Shown here: positions 49,225-59,262 of the stretch, piece after piece
Layout: each line of letters begins with the position of its first letter
Position numbering within the stretch: position 1 is the stretch's first letter
Source of the DNA: Leptonemataceae bacterium
GTDB lineage: Bacteria > Spirochaetota > Leptospiria > Leptospirales > Leptonemataceae
NCBI GenBank assembly: GCA_965227295.1
Contig: OZ245742.1
Coordinates: 3,680,001-3,744,000 of the forward strand
DNA length: 64,000 nt
Direction: 5' to 3'
The notes under the pieces: generated by a model
What the model was told of the DNA's origin: nothing
The model's input: only the letters and a program-made list of their open reading frames with translations
Databases searched by the model: none
Position numbers and translations under genes: made by a program

Positions 49225-50592
49225 GTGCTTTACAGCGATTCCCCCGGCAAAATCCTGTCGTCCGTGTCCCGCGGTCCTCGCTATTACTTCTGGTTGCTAC
49301 TGCGTTTTGCCGCGGCCGGCGTGTTGATCTTCTTCGGCATAGAGCTCTTGCTGCGTACGCTTCAGCCGGCCTCGTTGGATTACTACCGCAAACTCAAGTT
49401 ATTGCACGTCTATCATCCGGAGTATCGCGTCGGCCTGGCCCCGGGCGCTTCTTATTACCTCAAACACAACACCGGTCTCTGGGAAGGACAGTTTACAATC
49501 AACTCCCTGGGATATCGCGGCAGCGCGGAGCCGGACGGTCGTCCCATCGTCGGCTGTCTGGGCGACAGTCTCGTGATGGGCTTCGGCGTGTCGGATGATC
49601 AGACCTTCTGTAGTCTGCTGGATGGGTTGGAGCTGGGCGGCTCGTCGCATCAGACGCAAAACCTGGGCGTGGATGCCTTCGGTTCGAAGGGTTACGCCGC
49701 GCGTTTCGCGGAGGCCGTGGAGAAGTTGCCGGAGCTGAAAATCGTGTTGTTGTTCGTATCCCCGAACGACTTTACGCTGCCGCAAGAATTACTGGATCGC
49801 GGCGTGTTGCCGGACGACGTCACCGACGCGGCCCGGGAAAAGAATCCCGGGCGCGAGGCCTTCTTTCGAGCGCAGTTCGAACTCACGCGCTATTCGGCGA
49901 CCCTGCATGCCGCGGCGGTGGCGCGTCAGCAGTTGATCATCCGCCGGGCCCTGTTTCAGAAGAGCGTACGCCGCGAGTTCGTGGAGGCCGGCATCATTCC
50001 CCATGTCCCGGAGATCGACGGCGACGTGCCCTACATCGGCTTCGGCAAATACATGGAGCGGTCGTTTTACAAACCGTCTCCGGAATCGGACTGCTCTAAT
50101 GTAATGCAGGATGATGTTAGCGAGTCGCCGGCCGCGCGGTGTCCGGAGCGCGTGCCGTCGCACATCATCTGCCTGGACCAGGAGCCCACGGCGGACGAGC
50201 CGCTGCCGGAGATTACCGCCGCGGCCTATGACCGCATGATTGATCTCGCGCGGAAGCACGGCGTGGTTCTGGTGCCGGTGTTTCTGCCCGTGCAGGTGGA
50301 GACACTGCACTGTTCGGCCCACGACAAGTACACCACGTTTTTCAATCATGCGCGGCGGGCGAAAGAGTACTTTCGTGAACGCGGCATTACCTCTCTGGAT
50401 CTGCGTGCTTATACGCACGAACTCTGCGGGATGGAGGATGCGTCGGTGGCAGGCGAAGCGCGGTCCTTCGGTGTGATGGATCACATCATTCCCGGCGACG
50501 GGCATTTGACCGTGCGCGGCAATCGTTGGGCCGCGCGGGCGTTGCGGATTGAGCTGCAGCGTATGGAGCGGCGTTTCACCGATGCTCTTTAA
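49225..50592 (+). CDS. SGNH/GDSL-like esterase or acetyltransferase (LA_2490-type)
   Basis: INSLGYRG, LGDSLVMGFGV, NLGVDAFG, PND, DGH. Confidence 0.85.
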   Translation: MLYSDSPGKILSSVSRGPRYYFWLLLRFAAAGVLIFFGIELLLRTLQPASLDYYRKLKLLHVYHPEYRVGLAPGASYYLKHNTGLWEGQFTINSLGYRGSAEPDGRPIVGCLGDSLVMGFGVSDDQTFCSLLDGLELGGSSHQTQNLGVDAFGSKGYAARFAEAVEKLPELKIVLLFVSPNDFTLPQELLDRGVLPDDVTDAAREKNPGREAFFRAQFELTRYSATLHAAAVARQQLIIRRALFQKSVRREFVEAGIIPHVPEIDGDVPYIGFGKYMERSFYKPSPESDCSNVMQDDVSESPAARCPERVPSHIICLDQEPTADEPLPEITAAAYDRMIDLARKHGVVLVPVFLPVQVETLHCSAHDKYTTFFNHARRAKEYFRERGITSLDLRAYTHELCGMEDASVAGEARSFGVMDHIIPGDGHLTVRGNRWAARALRIELQRMERRFTDAL

Positions 50593-52015
50593 CTCGCTGC
50601 ATTATTTTCTGTTCGCTCCGGCGGTGATCGCGATCTACTTCGTGCTGCCGGCGAAGGCCCAGCGCATCTGGTTGCTCGCGGTCAGCATGTACTTCTACGC
50701 GGTTTTTCGCGTACCGTTTACGCTGCTGCTGCTCTTTTCGATTATATGTACGCACTTTGCCGTGGTCATGATGGCCCGCTCGAAAGGCGATTCCGTCCGG
50801 CGCTTCTTTCTGTTCCTGGCCATCGCCGCGAACGCCTCGATCCTGTACTTCTTTAAGTTCATCGACTTTTCTTTCGATGTCTACAACCGGCTATTCTTTC
50901 TCGAGCCCTGCGACGACTGGTATGCCGATCCCACCGGCGTTGTGTTGCCCATGGGCATCTCCTTTTTTACGCTGCAGGCCATCGCCTATGCCGTGGACGT
51001 TTATCGCGGTACGATTCCGGCCGGCCGCAGTATTTTCAGCTTCTCGTTGTTCCTGAGTTTTTTTCCGCAGCTTGTTGCCGGTCCCATCATGCGCGCGAAG
51101 GACCTGCTGCACCAGTTCGGTGAGGAACATCGCTTCCAATTCGAGAACTTTCGCGCGGGCACTTCGCTCATCATCCTGGGCCTGTTCAAGAAAACCATCG
51201 TCGCCGATCCCGCCGGAACCATCGTCGATCCGATCTTCGCCGACCCGGGGCGTTTTTCCTGGGAGTATCTGTGGGTCGCCGTTTTCCTGCATGCGTTGCA
51301 AATCTACGGAGACTTCTCCGGTTACTCGGACATTGCCATCGGGACCGGGCGCATCATGGGCTTCCGTATTCCGGAGAACTTTCATCGCCCGTTCCTGGCG
51401 GTGGATATGGGAGACATGTGGCGACGCTGGCACATCAGTCTGTCCTCCTGGCTGCGGGACTACGTTTACATTCCGCTGGGCGGTGGTCGCGTTTCGCTCC
51501 CGCGCCAGTATTTCAACATCTTCACCACGATGTTTGTGAGCGGGATCTGGCACGGGGCGGGATTAAACTTCGTGCTCTGGGGATCCTTTCACGCCCTCGT
51601 GGTAGTGATCGAGCGCTTCATCCTTTCGTTCCCGCGCATCGGAGCCCTGTACAAAGACGGCCTGCCGCGGCCGATCAAGGTGTTCTATACGTTCGTGATG
51701 TTCTCGTTCGCGCTGTTTTTCTTCCGGGCGCGGGCGGTTCCGGGCATCGGCGATGCGGCGGACGTGGGCTGGATGATGGTGGGGCGCGCGCTGAGTTTTG
51801 CCGGCGGCGAGGGCCTCTACATCGCGCCGGGCATCCTGCTGCCCATATTCGTTCTGATGGGGGCGGAAATGATCCAGGAGAAACGCGAGGATTTTTTCCA
51901 GCCCATGCTGAAGAACAACTTCATCTTCTGGACCACGGCGGGCATCGTGCTCGGCTACTGCCTGTTGCTTTATTCGGTCACGGACAGTGCGCCGTTTGTG
52001 TACTTTCAGTTCTGA
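50582..52015 (+). CDS. MBOAT O-acyltransferase (AlgI/PatA-like)
   Basis: LPMGISFFT, FFPQLVAGPI, DFSGYSD, WRRWHISLS, GIWHGA, FVYFQF. Confidence 0.93.
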   Translation: MLFNSLHYFLFAPAVIAIYFVLPAKAQRIWLLAVSMYFYAVFRVPFTLLLLFSIICTHFAVVMMARSKGDSVRRFFLFLAIAANASILYFFKFIDFSFDVYNRLFFLEPCDDWYADPTGVVLPMGISFFTLQAIAYAVDVYRGTIPAGRSIFSFSLFLSFFPQLVAGPIMRAKDLLHQFGEEHRFQFENFRAGTSLIILGLFKKTIVADPAGTIVDPIFADPGRFSWEYLWVAVFLHALQIYGDFSGYSDIAIGTGRIMGFRIPENFHRPFLAVDMGDMWRRWHISLSSWLRDYVYIPLGGGRVSLPRQYFNIFTTMFVSGIWHGAGLNFVLWGSFHALVVVIERFILSFPRIGALYKDGLPRPIKVFYTFVMFSFALFFFRARAVPGIGDAADVGWMMVGRALSFAGGEGLYIAPGILLPIFVLMGAEMIQEKREDFFQPMLKNNFIFWTTAGIVLGYCLLLYSVTDSAPFVYFQF

Positions 52016-52101
52016 GGTGATTCGGCCTATTGAAAGCAGACAGGACGAGCGTTGCCTGTCCGCGCTCACTCGACGACCGCCCTCCCATTCTTCCCCCTGG
52101 T

Positions 52102-52123
52102 CCCTCGGAGCCTCGGTGGTGAA
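52102..52123. repeat. REP-like family, single right arm
   Basis: ccctcggagcctcggtggtgaa. Confidence 0.6.
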
Positions 52124-52146
52124 ATCGTTTTTTTCAGGACTGCTCA

Positions 52147-52181
52147 CAAAAAAACCGCCCACTTCAAAGAAGGGGCGGTTT
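52147..52181 (-). terminator. Intrinsic terminator of the small lipoprotein gene
   Basis: aaaccgccc/gggcggttt stem, followed by a U-tract on the minus strand. Confidence 0.75.
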
Positions 52182-52224
52182 CGTGTGCGATCTCAAAGAG
52201 ACCGCGTAGTTCGATGAACGAAAA

Positions 52225-52476
52225 TTAAAGGCCGAGGCCTTCTTTTGCAGAGTCAGCACCGGTGTTGACGGCTTTTTTCGCTTCGCCGGCTGCTTTGTCG
52301 ATCATTTCGTTGGCTTTGTCTTCTGCAGCGCCTTTCACATCTTCTGCAGCAGCTTTCGCCTCATCTTCGAGAGAGGTTTCTTCTTCCGGCGGGGGAGCGT
52401 CGTTTCCGCCCGGGCACAGCAGAGTGGTGAAAGACAGTGCGGCGAGCAGGGGAAGAATAAGGAATTTTTTCGACAT
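52225..52476 (-). CDS. Small Ala/Glu/Lys-rich putative lipoprotein
   Basis: GGAGG 9 nt before ATG; MSKKFLILPLLAALSFTTLL-C; has its own terminator. Confidence 0.75.
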   Translation of the reverse strand: MSKKFLILPLLAALSFTTLLCPGGNDAPPPEEETSLEDEAKAAAEDVKGAAEDKANEMIDKAAGEAKKAVNTGADSAKEGLGL

Positions 52477-52607
52477 TGGCAATTGCCTCCGTAGTCACGT
52501 AGAAAAATTTTTATACAAAATTGGCCCCATTACAGGCACTTCAACCTTTTTTTTGTAACCGATGGTTTTTTGCATTTCCGGGCGTCCTTCGCGCCGGGGA
52601 AGAATAG

Positions 52608-52997
52608 TTACGGGGAGTTCGCGGAATCCGCAATTTCTTGCAGCCCGGCGCGTTCCAGAACGATCTCCGCGAGCTTTGCGTGCACGCCGAGTGGCGGCGT
52701 TACGTGAACCTGCACGCCGGAATGGGCCGCGGCGGCCTCCCTGGCGATGCGCGGGATGTCCTCGGTGGCATGGCGACCGGGGGACAGCATAAAGGGATGC
52801 ACGATGATTTCATCCGCGCCGTCGGCGACGCAGGCGGCCAGGCCGGCCGGAATATCCGGGGCGGCAAGTTCCATGTGGGCGATGTGGACAATCAGTCCGG
52901 GAGAAAGCTCGCGCACCAGGGTGGCGATCTCTTGCAGGGATTCGTTCGCCGCCGTACGCCGGGAGCCGTGGTCCACGATCAAAAGGGCACGGTTCAC
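52608..52997 (-). CDS. CbiX/SirB-type sirohydrochlorin chelatase (single domain)
   Basis: DHGSR, HMELAAP, HPFMLSPGRH, PLGVH. Confidence 0.88.
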   Translation of the reverse strand: MNRALLIVDHGSRRTAANESLQEIATLVRELSPGLIVHIAHMELAAPDIPAGLAACVADGADEIIVHPFMLSPGRHATEDIPRIAREAAAAHSGVQVHVTPPLGVHAKLAEIVLERAGLQEIADSANSP

Positions 52998-53365
52998 GAT
53001 TCATCCTCCGGGACGCACTCGCCGGTGAAGGCAAAACTTCCGGATTCCGACACGAACTGACGACCGCTCACTTTCAGCGTATAACGGCGGCCGGCCTCGA
53101 TGACACACAGGGCCGCCCCACCGTTGCGATAGGTGGTGTGGACAAACCGAATGATGTACTCCCCGGGAAGGAGCCGCAGTTCATCCGCCGGTCGGACACG
53201 GCGGGGCGGCGCATCATCCTGTAGCCGGAACTGGTAGCCCTGACTGCGCAGGACGCCGACCTCCGAGTCCGGACGATCGCCCTCGTAGTTCTTCCAGACC
53301 GAGGCACAGCCCGGGGGGAGCAGGAGAAAAAATACGAGGAGGAAGATCGATCGATGCAGGCTCAA
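52994..53365 (-). CDS. Hypothetical lipoprotein
   Basis: Hydrophobic signal ending PG-C; overlaps both neighbours by 4 nt. Confidence 0.65.
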   Translation of the reverse strand: MSLHRSIFLLVFFLLLPPGCASVWKNYEGDRPDSEVGVLRSQGYQFRLQDDAPPRRVRPADELRLLPGEYIIRFVHTTYRNGGAALCVIEAGRRYTLKVSGRQFVSESGSFAFTGECVPEDES

Positions 53366-54354
53366 CGTCGCAGGACTCCTTCGAGAAAGATGCGCTGGGC
53401 CGCCGGTCCCGGATGCCCGTCCTCCGGTAGATATAACTCCGGATCGTCTGCGTGTCTATGAAAGTCCGGCGATACGTCGATGATCCGTGCGCCCCGGCGC
53501 CGGGCTTCGGCGACGTAACGATCTTTCAGCGGGTCCCGTTCGAGCGGCCGCCCGGTGCCGCGGTCGATCTCGGGATACTGGATGATGTAGAGCGGGATGT
53601 TGTGTTCTGCGAGCAGGGCGGTAAGCCTGCGCAGGGCGAGGAAGGTCGGATGATCGTCGGGAATTTCAGGATCCGCCGGTTCCCGTTCGTACTCGTTGCG
53701 CGCCGTAGCGCCGGTTCCGCGGCGCAGCAAAATCTTTACGGCGTTCCAGGTCATGCTGTGGCGTGAGAGTCGGAACTGCATGCGAAAGGCCAGCGCGCGT
53801 AACGGACTCGCCTGCAATTGCGCGTCGCGTACGTCATCGACGAAATCGGAGGCGCTGAGGATCCAGTAGGCGCGGTCCACTGTAGCCTCGCGGTCCTCCA
53901 GGCGGCGGCGTACTGAGGCCAGGATGCCGGCGGCGCCGAGGCTATCCACGGCCATGTTTTCGACGACGCATTCGTTCTCCGGCTGCCGGGAGAGCAGGCG
54001 CGCGAATGTCGCGTGATCGTCGACGCCGTAGCCCATGGACAGCGAATCCCCGATGATCCAGGTCGCACAGTCGACATAGGCGGCCAGGCCGACGCCGAAA
54101 CTCACCGCGCGGTCCGTTGCGTGATTCGTGGTGACGCGGTACGTGAAGCCGCCGCGAGGATGTTTGAATTCTATCTGTTGATCCGGGCAGAGCAGGATCA
54201 GCGCGGGATGTTCGGGATCGTCGACCAGGCAGTGCAGGCGCGCGTCATCGTAACGAAAGCGGAGTTCCGGCCAGGCGAACAGTCGCAACAGCACCTCGGC
54301 GGCAAGCAGCATCATGAGACCGGCGCTCGCAATCACGGCCAGGCGGCGCATCAT
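53362..54354 (-). CDS. SGNH/GDSL-like esterase (LA_2486-type)
   Basis: IGDSLSMGYGV, NMAVDSLG, DGHP. Confidence 0.82.
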   Translation of the reverse strand: MMRRLAVIASAGLMMLLAAEVLLRLFAWPELRFRYDDARLHCLVDDPEHPALILLCPDQQIEFKHPRGGFTYRVTTNHATDRAVSFGVGLAAYVDCATWIIGDSLSMGYGVDDHATFARLLSRQPENECVVENMAVDSLGAAGILASVRRRLEDREATVDRAYWILSASDFVDDVRDAQLQASPLRALAFRMQFRLSRHSMTWNAVKILLRRGTGATARNEYEREPADPEIPDDHPTFLALRRLTALLAEHNIPLYIIQYPEIDRGTGRPLERDPLKDRYVAEARRRGARIIDVSPDFHRHADDPELYLPEDGHPGPAAQRIFLEGVLRR

Positions 54355-55757
54355 GTTGCCTGTTCTTGCCTGTGTTGCGAAGATGCTGATGCGCCCAGGG
54401 TCCAACCCACCAGGGCCCAGAAGGGCAACAGGACCTCGTCGTCCTGCATGTAGCACTGGAACAATCCCGCCACAAGCAGGGCGACGACACCGAAGCGCCA
54501 CCAGCCGGCTTCTTCCCGCGCGAGCGCGGCGTGAATCAGGAGTCCGAAAAAGAGCAAATATGCGAGCAGACACAACGGACCGCCGATGGCCAGGAAATGC
54601 AGCATGTCGTTGTGGGCGTGTCCGCGCTGGGCCGTGGCGTAGGCGGTCCAGAGATGCGGCTGCTCGCGCGAGAACGTGATGATGTGCTCTTCGATGGATG
54701 AAGAGAAATTCCCGGCGCCCACCCCGGCGACGGGATGATCCGCGATTACGGTTAGCGTGCCGTTCCATACCAGCGTGCGCTGGAAATCCGTATGTTTGGC
54801 CCGGCCGAGCAGGGAACCCACGATCTTTTCGAAGCGATCGTGCACACCCGAGGACAGACGATCGGCGGCGAACAGGGCCATCACGGCCAGGAGCAGAATC
54901 GGGAGCAGGCGCAAGATCTTACGACCCCAGTGCGTGATGCCGAGCCAGTAGAGACCGACAAGCACGGCGATGAGCATGCCGAGGATTGCCGAGCGGCCGT
55001 TGTTCAGGAGAAAGACCAGCGCCGCCGCTCCGAGCAGCATGATCTTGCCGAGATGCTTCCATTGTAAGAGGGCCAGCGGTCGTTCGAGATAGACATGGAG
55101 CACGCGAAAGGTCAGAAACGGGAAGACCAGCATGAGCATGCCGCCGTAGGTGAGATGCGTGTTCGTGAGTCCGATGGGCATGTACACGTGCACGCCGCCG
55201 ACGGTGAGCAGATAGTGCTGGAAGCGCGCCGCCGCGGTGGCTTCCCAGCCGTGCTGGATGTGATACGGAAGTTTGTGCAATCGCCACTTGCTGAAGATTG
55301 AGATGACCCCCGCCACGACGAGAATGATCACCGCCGCGGTGAACCAGCGCGGAATATTTCGCCGGCCTTCCGGCGTGGACGCGTAGGCCGCGGTCCAGAA
55401 GGCCATGCCGAGGATGAAGACGTCTTTCAGTTCGGTCCGCCAGCCCCGGGCGAAGAACGCCGTGAAGCCGAGTTCGCCGGAGTTTGTGGCCGCGTTGTAA
55501 AGCAGGGCGAGGAGTTGCGCGACGTAGATGGCCACCGCGGCAATGAGCGCGGGATGGCGGAGCAGCGGCAACTCGGGCGCCTGCTCGCGCAATGCATCCG
55601 GGAGTTGCGGGCGTGTGACGGCCCACCAGGCCCAGCCGAGGAGGGCCAGAGCGAGGCCCGCCTGGGATATGCTGACCGACCAGGGGTAGGTGAGGATTGC
55701 CGTGGCGCCGCCGAAGATCGAGAGGCGGTAGGGAAATAGCTGCCAGCGACTGAGCAC
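54351..55757 (-). CDS. O-antigen ligase family protein
   Basis: NNGRSA, GVGAGNF, HAHNDMLH, QCYMQDDEV. Confidence 0.85.
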   Translation of the reverse strand: MLSRWQLFPYRLSIFGGATAILTYPWSVSISQAGLALALLGWAWWAVTRPQLPDALREQAPELPLLRHPALIAAVAIYVAQLLALLYNAATNSGELGFTAFFARGWRTELKDVFILGMAFWTAAYASTPEGRRNIPRWFTAAVIILVVAGVISIFSKWRLHKLPYHIQHGWEATAAARFQHYLLTVGGVHVYMPIGLTNTHLTYGGMLMLVFPFLTFRVLHVYLERPLALLQWKHLGKIMLLGAAALVFLLNNGRSAILGMLIAVLVGLYWLGITHWGRKILRLLPILLLAVMALFAADRLSSGVHDRFEKIVGSLLGRAKHTDFQRTLVWNGTLTVIADHPVAGVGAGNFSSSIEEHIITFSREQPHLWTAYATAQRGHAHNDMLHFLAIGGPLCLLAYLLFFGLLIHAALAREEAGWWRFGVVALLVAGLFQCYMQDDEVLLPFWALVGWTLGASASSQHRQEQAT

Positions 55758-55787
55758 GGGGCCATCCTGGGGTGGCCGGGGAAGGTG

Positions 55788-55821
55788 TCAACTACCGAGG
55801 CGCCGAGGTCGCCGGGGATGA
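55788..55821. repeat. REP-like family, single left arm
   Basis: tcaactaccgaggcgccgaggtcgccggggatga is close to 5423-5456. Confidence 0.7.
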
Positions 55822-55876
55822 AAGCCGGAGGGCCGGTGCAAGCCCCCTTTAAATGATGCGTGCTTTCTTTTTCTGC

Positions 55877-55904
55877 TTGTACTTTTTCCGGCACGCGACA
55901 TAAT
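55877..55904 (+). promoter_or_regulatory. Putative sigma70-type promoter of flgB
   Basis: TTGTAC-16 nt-CATAAT. Confidence 0.4.
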
Positions 55905-55957
55905 TGCTTCAGGCATTCCTCGGTTCGACCGATGTCGTTGATAGAGGAATTTCTCGC

Positions 55958-56395
55958 ATGGCTCTATTCGACAACACGTCCACAATGCGCTCGCTGCAAA
56001 TGCTCGAAAAGGGTATGGATGCGGCGATGACCCGGCGCAAGGTGCTCGCCAACAACATCGCCAACGTGGATGTGCCGCACTTCAAACGCTCCGAGGTCAT
56101 CTTCGAGTCACAGCTCGCGCGCGCCGTCGACCACGAACGCTCCGTGAAGGCCGATCCCCTGGCCATGCGGACGAACCATCCGGCGCACTTCGAAACCCGG
56201 CGTCACGAGGACTGGCGCGACGTGGGGCCGCAGATTCATCAGGACTACCTCACCAGCATGCGCAACGACGGGAACAACGTCGACATCGAAGACGAGGTGG
56301 CGAAGCTCACCCGCAATCAACTGCATTACTCGCTGATGGTGGATCGGGTGGGGAGCTCGTTTCGCCTGCTGAACAGCGTCACGCGACTCGCGTAA
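55958..56395 (+). CDS. flgB: Flagellar rod protein FlgB
   Basis: LANNIANVDVPHFKRSEV, RNDGNNVDIE. Confidence 0.96.
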   Translation: MALFDNTSTMRSLQMLEKGMDAAMTRRKVLANNIANVDVPHFKRSEVIFESQLARAVDHERSVKADPLAMRTNHPAHFETRRHEDWRDVGPQIHQDYLTSMRNDGNNVDIEDEVAKLTRNQLHYSLMVDRVGSSFRLLNSVTRLA

Positions 56396-56412
56396 GTTAA
56401 GGACGGAATACC

Positions 56413-56874
56413 ATGGGAATGTTCGACGTAGTAAACATCGCCGCCACCGGGCTCTCGGCCCAGCGCCTGCGCCTGGATGTAATTTCGAATAACATCGCCA
56501 ACGTCACCACGACGCGCAACGCCCAGGGTGACGGCCCCTTTCGCCGCGACCGCGTGGTCATGACGCCGGTAAACCTTCGTAACGTATGGCGCTCTCCGGT
56601 CTATCCGCGGGGCCTTGAAACGGGCATGGGCCGCGGCGTCAAAGTGGAGCGCATCGAAAAGGACATGAGCGATTTTCGCCTGGTCTATGATCCTTCGCAT
56701 CCGGACGCGATCAAGATCGGCCCGAAGCAGGGCTACGTGCAGATGCCCAATGTGAACATCGTCGAAGAGATGACCGATATGATCTCGGCCTCACGGTCCT
56801 ACGAGGCGAATGCCCAGGTGATCATGGGCGCCAAGCAGATGTTCAACAAGACCCTGGAACTGGGGCGCGGCTAG
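56413..56874 (+). CDS. flgC: Flagellar rod protein FlgC
   Basis: GLSAQRLRLDVISNNIAN, YDPSHPDA, MPNVNIVEEMTDMISASRSYEAN. Confidence 0.97.
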   Translation: MGMFDVVNIAATGLSAQRLRLDVISNNIANVTTTRNAQGDGPFRRDRVVMTPVNLRNVWRSPVYPRGLETGMGRGVKVERIEKDMSDFRLVYDPSHPDAIKIGPKQGYVQMPNVNIVEEMTDMISASRSYEANAQVIMGAKQMFNKTLELGRG

Positions 56875-56948
56875 TTCTGGATAACATGTTAAAATAAAGG
56901 CGCCTGGCGCTTAATTATATAAAGAAATACACTCAGGAGTTCTACGAT

Positions 56949-57317
56949 ATGGAGATTTTCAGCACGAAAGGCGTCAGCTTTCCTAATGCCAATCCGAAGG
57001 TTTTCGGTGCGCAGGACCAGAATCACCTGGACATGCGGGTCAGCGATCCGCGGCACATGACGCCCGGTGTTCCGCCTGCCAACCCGGAGCGCGTACCGGA
57101 ATCTTTCGCTTCGATGCTCGGCGAATCCCTGCGCCGGGTCGAACAACTGGACGTGAACGCCAACAAACTCGCTGCCCAGGCCGTTTACGAGCCGGACTCG
57201 GTGGAGGCCCACGAGGTCGTGCTCGCCGCCGAGAAAGCGCGCTTCGCGATCAACTTCACGAAGACCATGGCGGACGGCTTTGTGCGCGCGTATCGTGACC
57301 TGACCAATCCGAGATAG
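56949..57317 (+). CDS. fliE: Hook-basal body protein FliE
   Basis: SFASML...HEVVLAAEKA...VRAYRDL; lies between flgC and fliF. Confidence 0.9.
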   Translation: MEIFSTKGVSFPNANPKVFGAQDQNHLDMRVSDPRHMTPGVPPANPERVPESFASMLGESLRRVEQLDVNANKLAAQAVYEPDSVEAHEVVLAAEKARFAINFTKTMADGFVRAYRDLTNPR

Positions 57318-57334
57318 CTTCTAAGTTAAGTCTT

Positions 57335-57465
57335 ACTCCGAGGACCGAGAATTCCGAGGGAAAGATGTTAGGGCGGGCGTTGTAGAACGTGTGTCGGCGG
57401 AAGAGTGCGTTCGATTGCTTTTTTCTGGCTCTAATTCTTCGCCTCGTTTCCTCGGTCCTCGGAGT
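57335..57465. repeat. REP-like family variant, perfect 15-bp IR
   Basis: actccgaggaccgag (57335-57349) / ctcggtcctcggagt (57451-57465). Confidence 0.75.
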
Positions 57466-57499
57466 GAAATTTTTTTCTTAACGAGACATAATTTTTTCC

Positions 57500-57527
57500 T
57501 TGTACTTTTGCCCTGGTAACTTAAGGT
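57500..57527 (+). promoter_or_regulatory. Putative promoter of fliF
   Basis: TTGTAC-16 nt-TAAGGT; shares cttgtactttt with the flgB upstream region. Confidence 0.3.
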
Positions 57528-57558
57528 CCGGCCAACATAAAAACAGAGGCCGAAGACC

Positions 57559-59262
57559 ATGCCCGATTTTCTCACAAACATTTTGAATCAGCTCCAGGAA
57601 CTCTGGGGGAAACTCGACAACACCAAGAAGATAACCCTCGGCGCCGTAATTGCCGCCGTGATTGTTGCCTTCACCGCCATGGCGTCGTTTTCGTCCAAGC
57701 CGGCGAAAGTTCCGCTGTACGAAGACCTGAACGCTCAGGATTTCGGTTCGATCACGTCGGCGCTGCAGGCGATGGGTTACTCCTACTCTGCCTCCGGCAC
57801 CACGGCGATTTACGTAGAATCGGACGAGCGCCAGGAGATCATCACCAAACTCGCCCAGGATTCCCTGATTCCCGCCGGGGTGGAGGGTTACGAGATCTTC
57901 GACATGTCGCGCTGGGACGAGACGACGTTCGATAAGAACGTCAAGTTGCATCGCGCCATCAAAGGTTCGCTGGAAACGATGTTAATGACGCTGGACTTCG
58001 TGAAACGCGCGAATGTGAATCTGGCGATTCCGGAACGGAACAACTTCCTTACGGACAGCGAACCGGTGAAGGCGTCCGTTGTTCTCTCGCTGCAACCCGG
58101 TATCGAAAAGGTCAGCCGCCGACAGGTGATGGGCATTAAGAACCTGATCTATCGTTCGGTGCCGCGCCTGGAGCGGGATAACATCAGCATCACCGACGAA
58201 GGCGGCAAAGAGTTCGTGGAACCGGATGAGATTGATGAAGCGCAGCGCGAACTCGATCTCGTCGAACGCAAAAAGGAGTTCGAGTATCGCGAAGAACGTC
58301 GCTGGCGTGAAGAGATTCGCGGCCGGTTGCACGAGTTCTATCCGGAAGATCGCATCTCCATCATTCGCGTCGCCTTTACCGTAAACTGGGACGAGGTCGA
58401 AGAGAAACAACATCTCGTGGCGCCCGTCGAGAAAACGCCGGAGAATGCCGAGACCCCGTATCCGGACCGCGAGATTATGGAGGACGGAACGATCACCGTT
58501 TCGCGCAACCGTCGTCAGGAACGTTTCCGCGGCAACGGCTTCACCCCCGGCGGACCCACCGGTACCGAACAACAACTGCCGCCGGGTTATCGCGATCTCG
58601 ACTACCAGCGTTCCGAGTACGGAAACAACGACGTCATCGAAAACTTCGATTATAACCGCATCGAAAAAGAGATTACGCGTCAGCCCTGGGAAGAGCGTTC
58701 GCGCTCTATCGCGGTAGCCGTGGACGGCACCTGGACCCGGGGGATTCCGTATCAGAAAGAAGACGGCTCCTGGGCCTACGAACGCACCTACGAACCGCCG
58801 GCGCAGGAGGAACTGCAAACCCTGGAACGTTTGCTGAAGGCGTCCCTGTTGTTCAAAGGCGCGCGCGGCGACCAGATCGAAGTGCGTCACTTGAAGAAAG
58901 ACCGCTCGGCCGAGTTTGCCGCGGAAGATGAAGCACTGACCCGTGAGCGTTTTATCCGCACTCTGTTGATCGTCTCGGCGGTGGCTCTCGCGGCGATGAT
59001 CTTCGTCTACTTGCTGTATCGTGCCATCAAGAAGGAGATCGCCCGGCGGCGGCGTCTGCGCGAAGAAGAACTCGCGGCACAGCAACAGCTCATGCGCGAA
59101 GCGGCCCTGCGGGTCGCCGACGAGGGCGCGGCGGAAGTCGAACTCTCCGTGGACGAAAAGGCCCGGCGCGAGATGCTCGAAAACGCCATGAATCTGGCCC
59201 GGGAAAAACCCGATCAGGTGGCGAAGCTGATCCGCACCTGGTTGTCCTCGGACGAAACGTAA
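57559..59262 (+). CDS. fliF: Flagellar MS-ring protein FliF
   Basis: Two TMs, GYEIFD, ANVNLAIPE, KASVVL, KPDQVAKLIRTWL. Confidence 0.96.
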   Translation: MPDFLTNILNQLQELWGKLDNTKKITLGAVIAAVIVAFTAMASFSSKPAKVPLYEDLNAQDFGSITSALQAMGYSYSASGTTAIYVESDERQEIITKLAQDSLIPAGVEGYEIFDMSRWDETTFDKNVKLHRAIKGSLETMLMTLDFVKRANVNLAIPERNNFLTDSEPVKASVVLSLQPGIEKVSRRQVMGIKNLIYRSVPRLERDNISITDEGGKEFVEPDEIDEAQRELDLVERKKEFEYREERRWREEIRGRLHEFYPEDRISIIRVAFTVNWDEVEEKQHLVAPVEKTPENAETPYPDREIMEDGTITVSRNRRQERFRGNGFTPGGPTGTEQQLPPGYRDLDYQRSEYGNNDVIENFDYNRIEKEITRQPWEERSRSIAVAVDGTWTRGIPYQKEDGSWAYERTYEPPAQEELQTLERLLKASLLFKGARGDQIEVRHLKKDRSAEFAAEDEALTRERFIRTLLIVSAVALAAMIFVYLLYRAIKKEIARRRRLREEELAAQQQLMREAALRVADEGAAEVELSVDEKARREMLENAMNLAREKPDQVAKLIRTWLSSDET

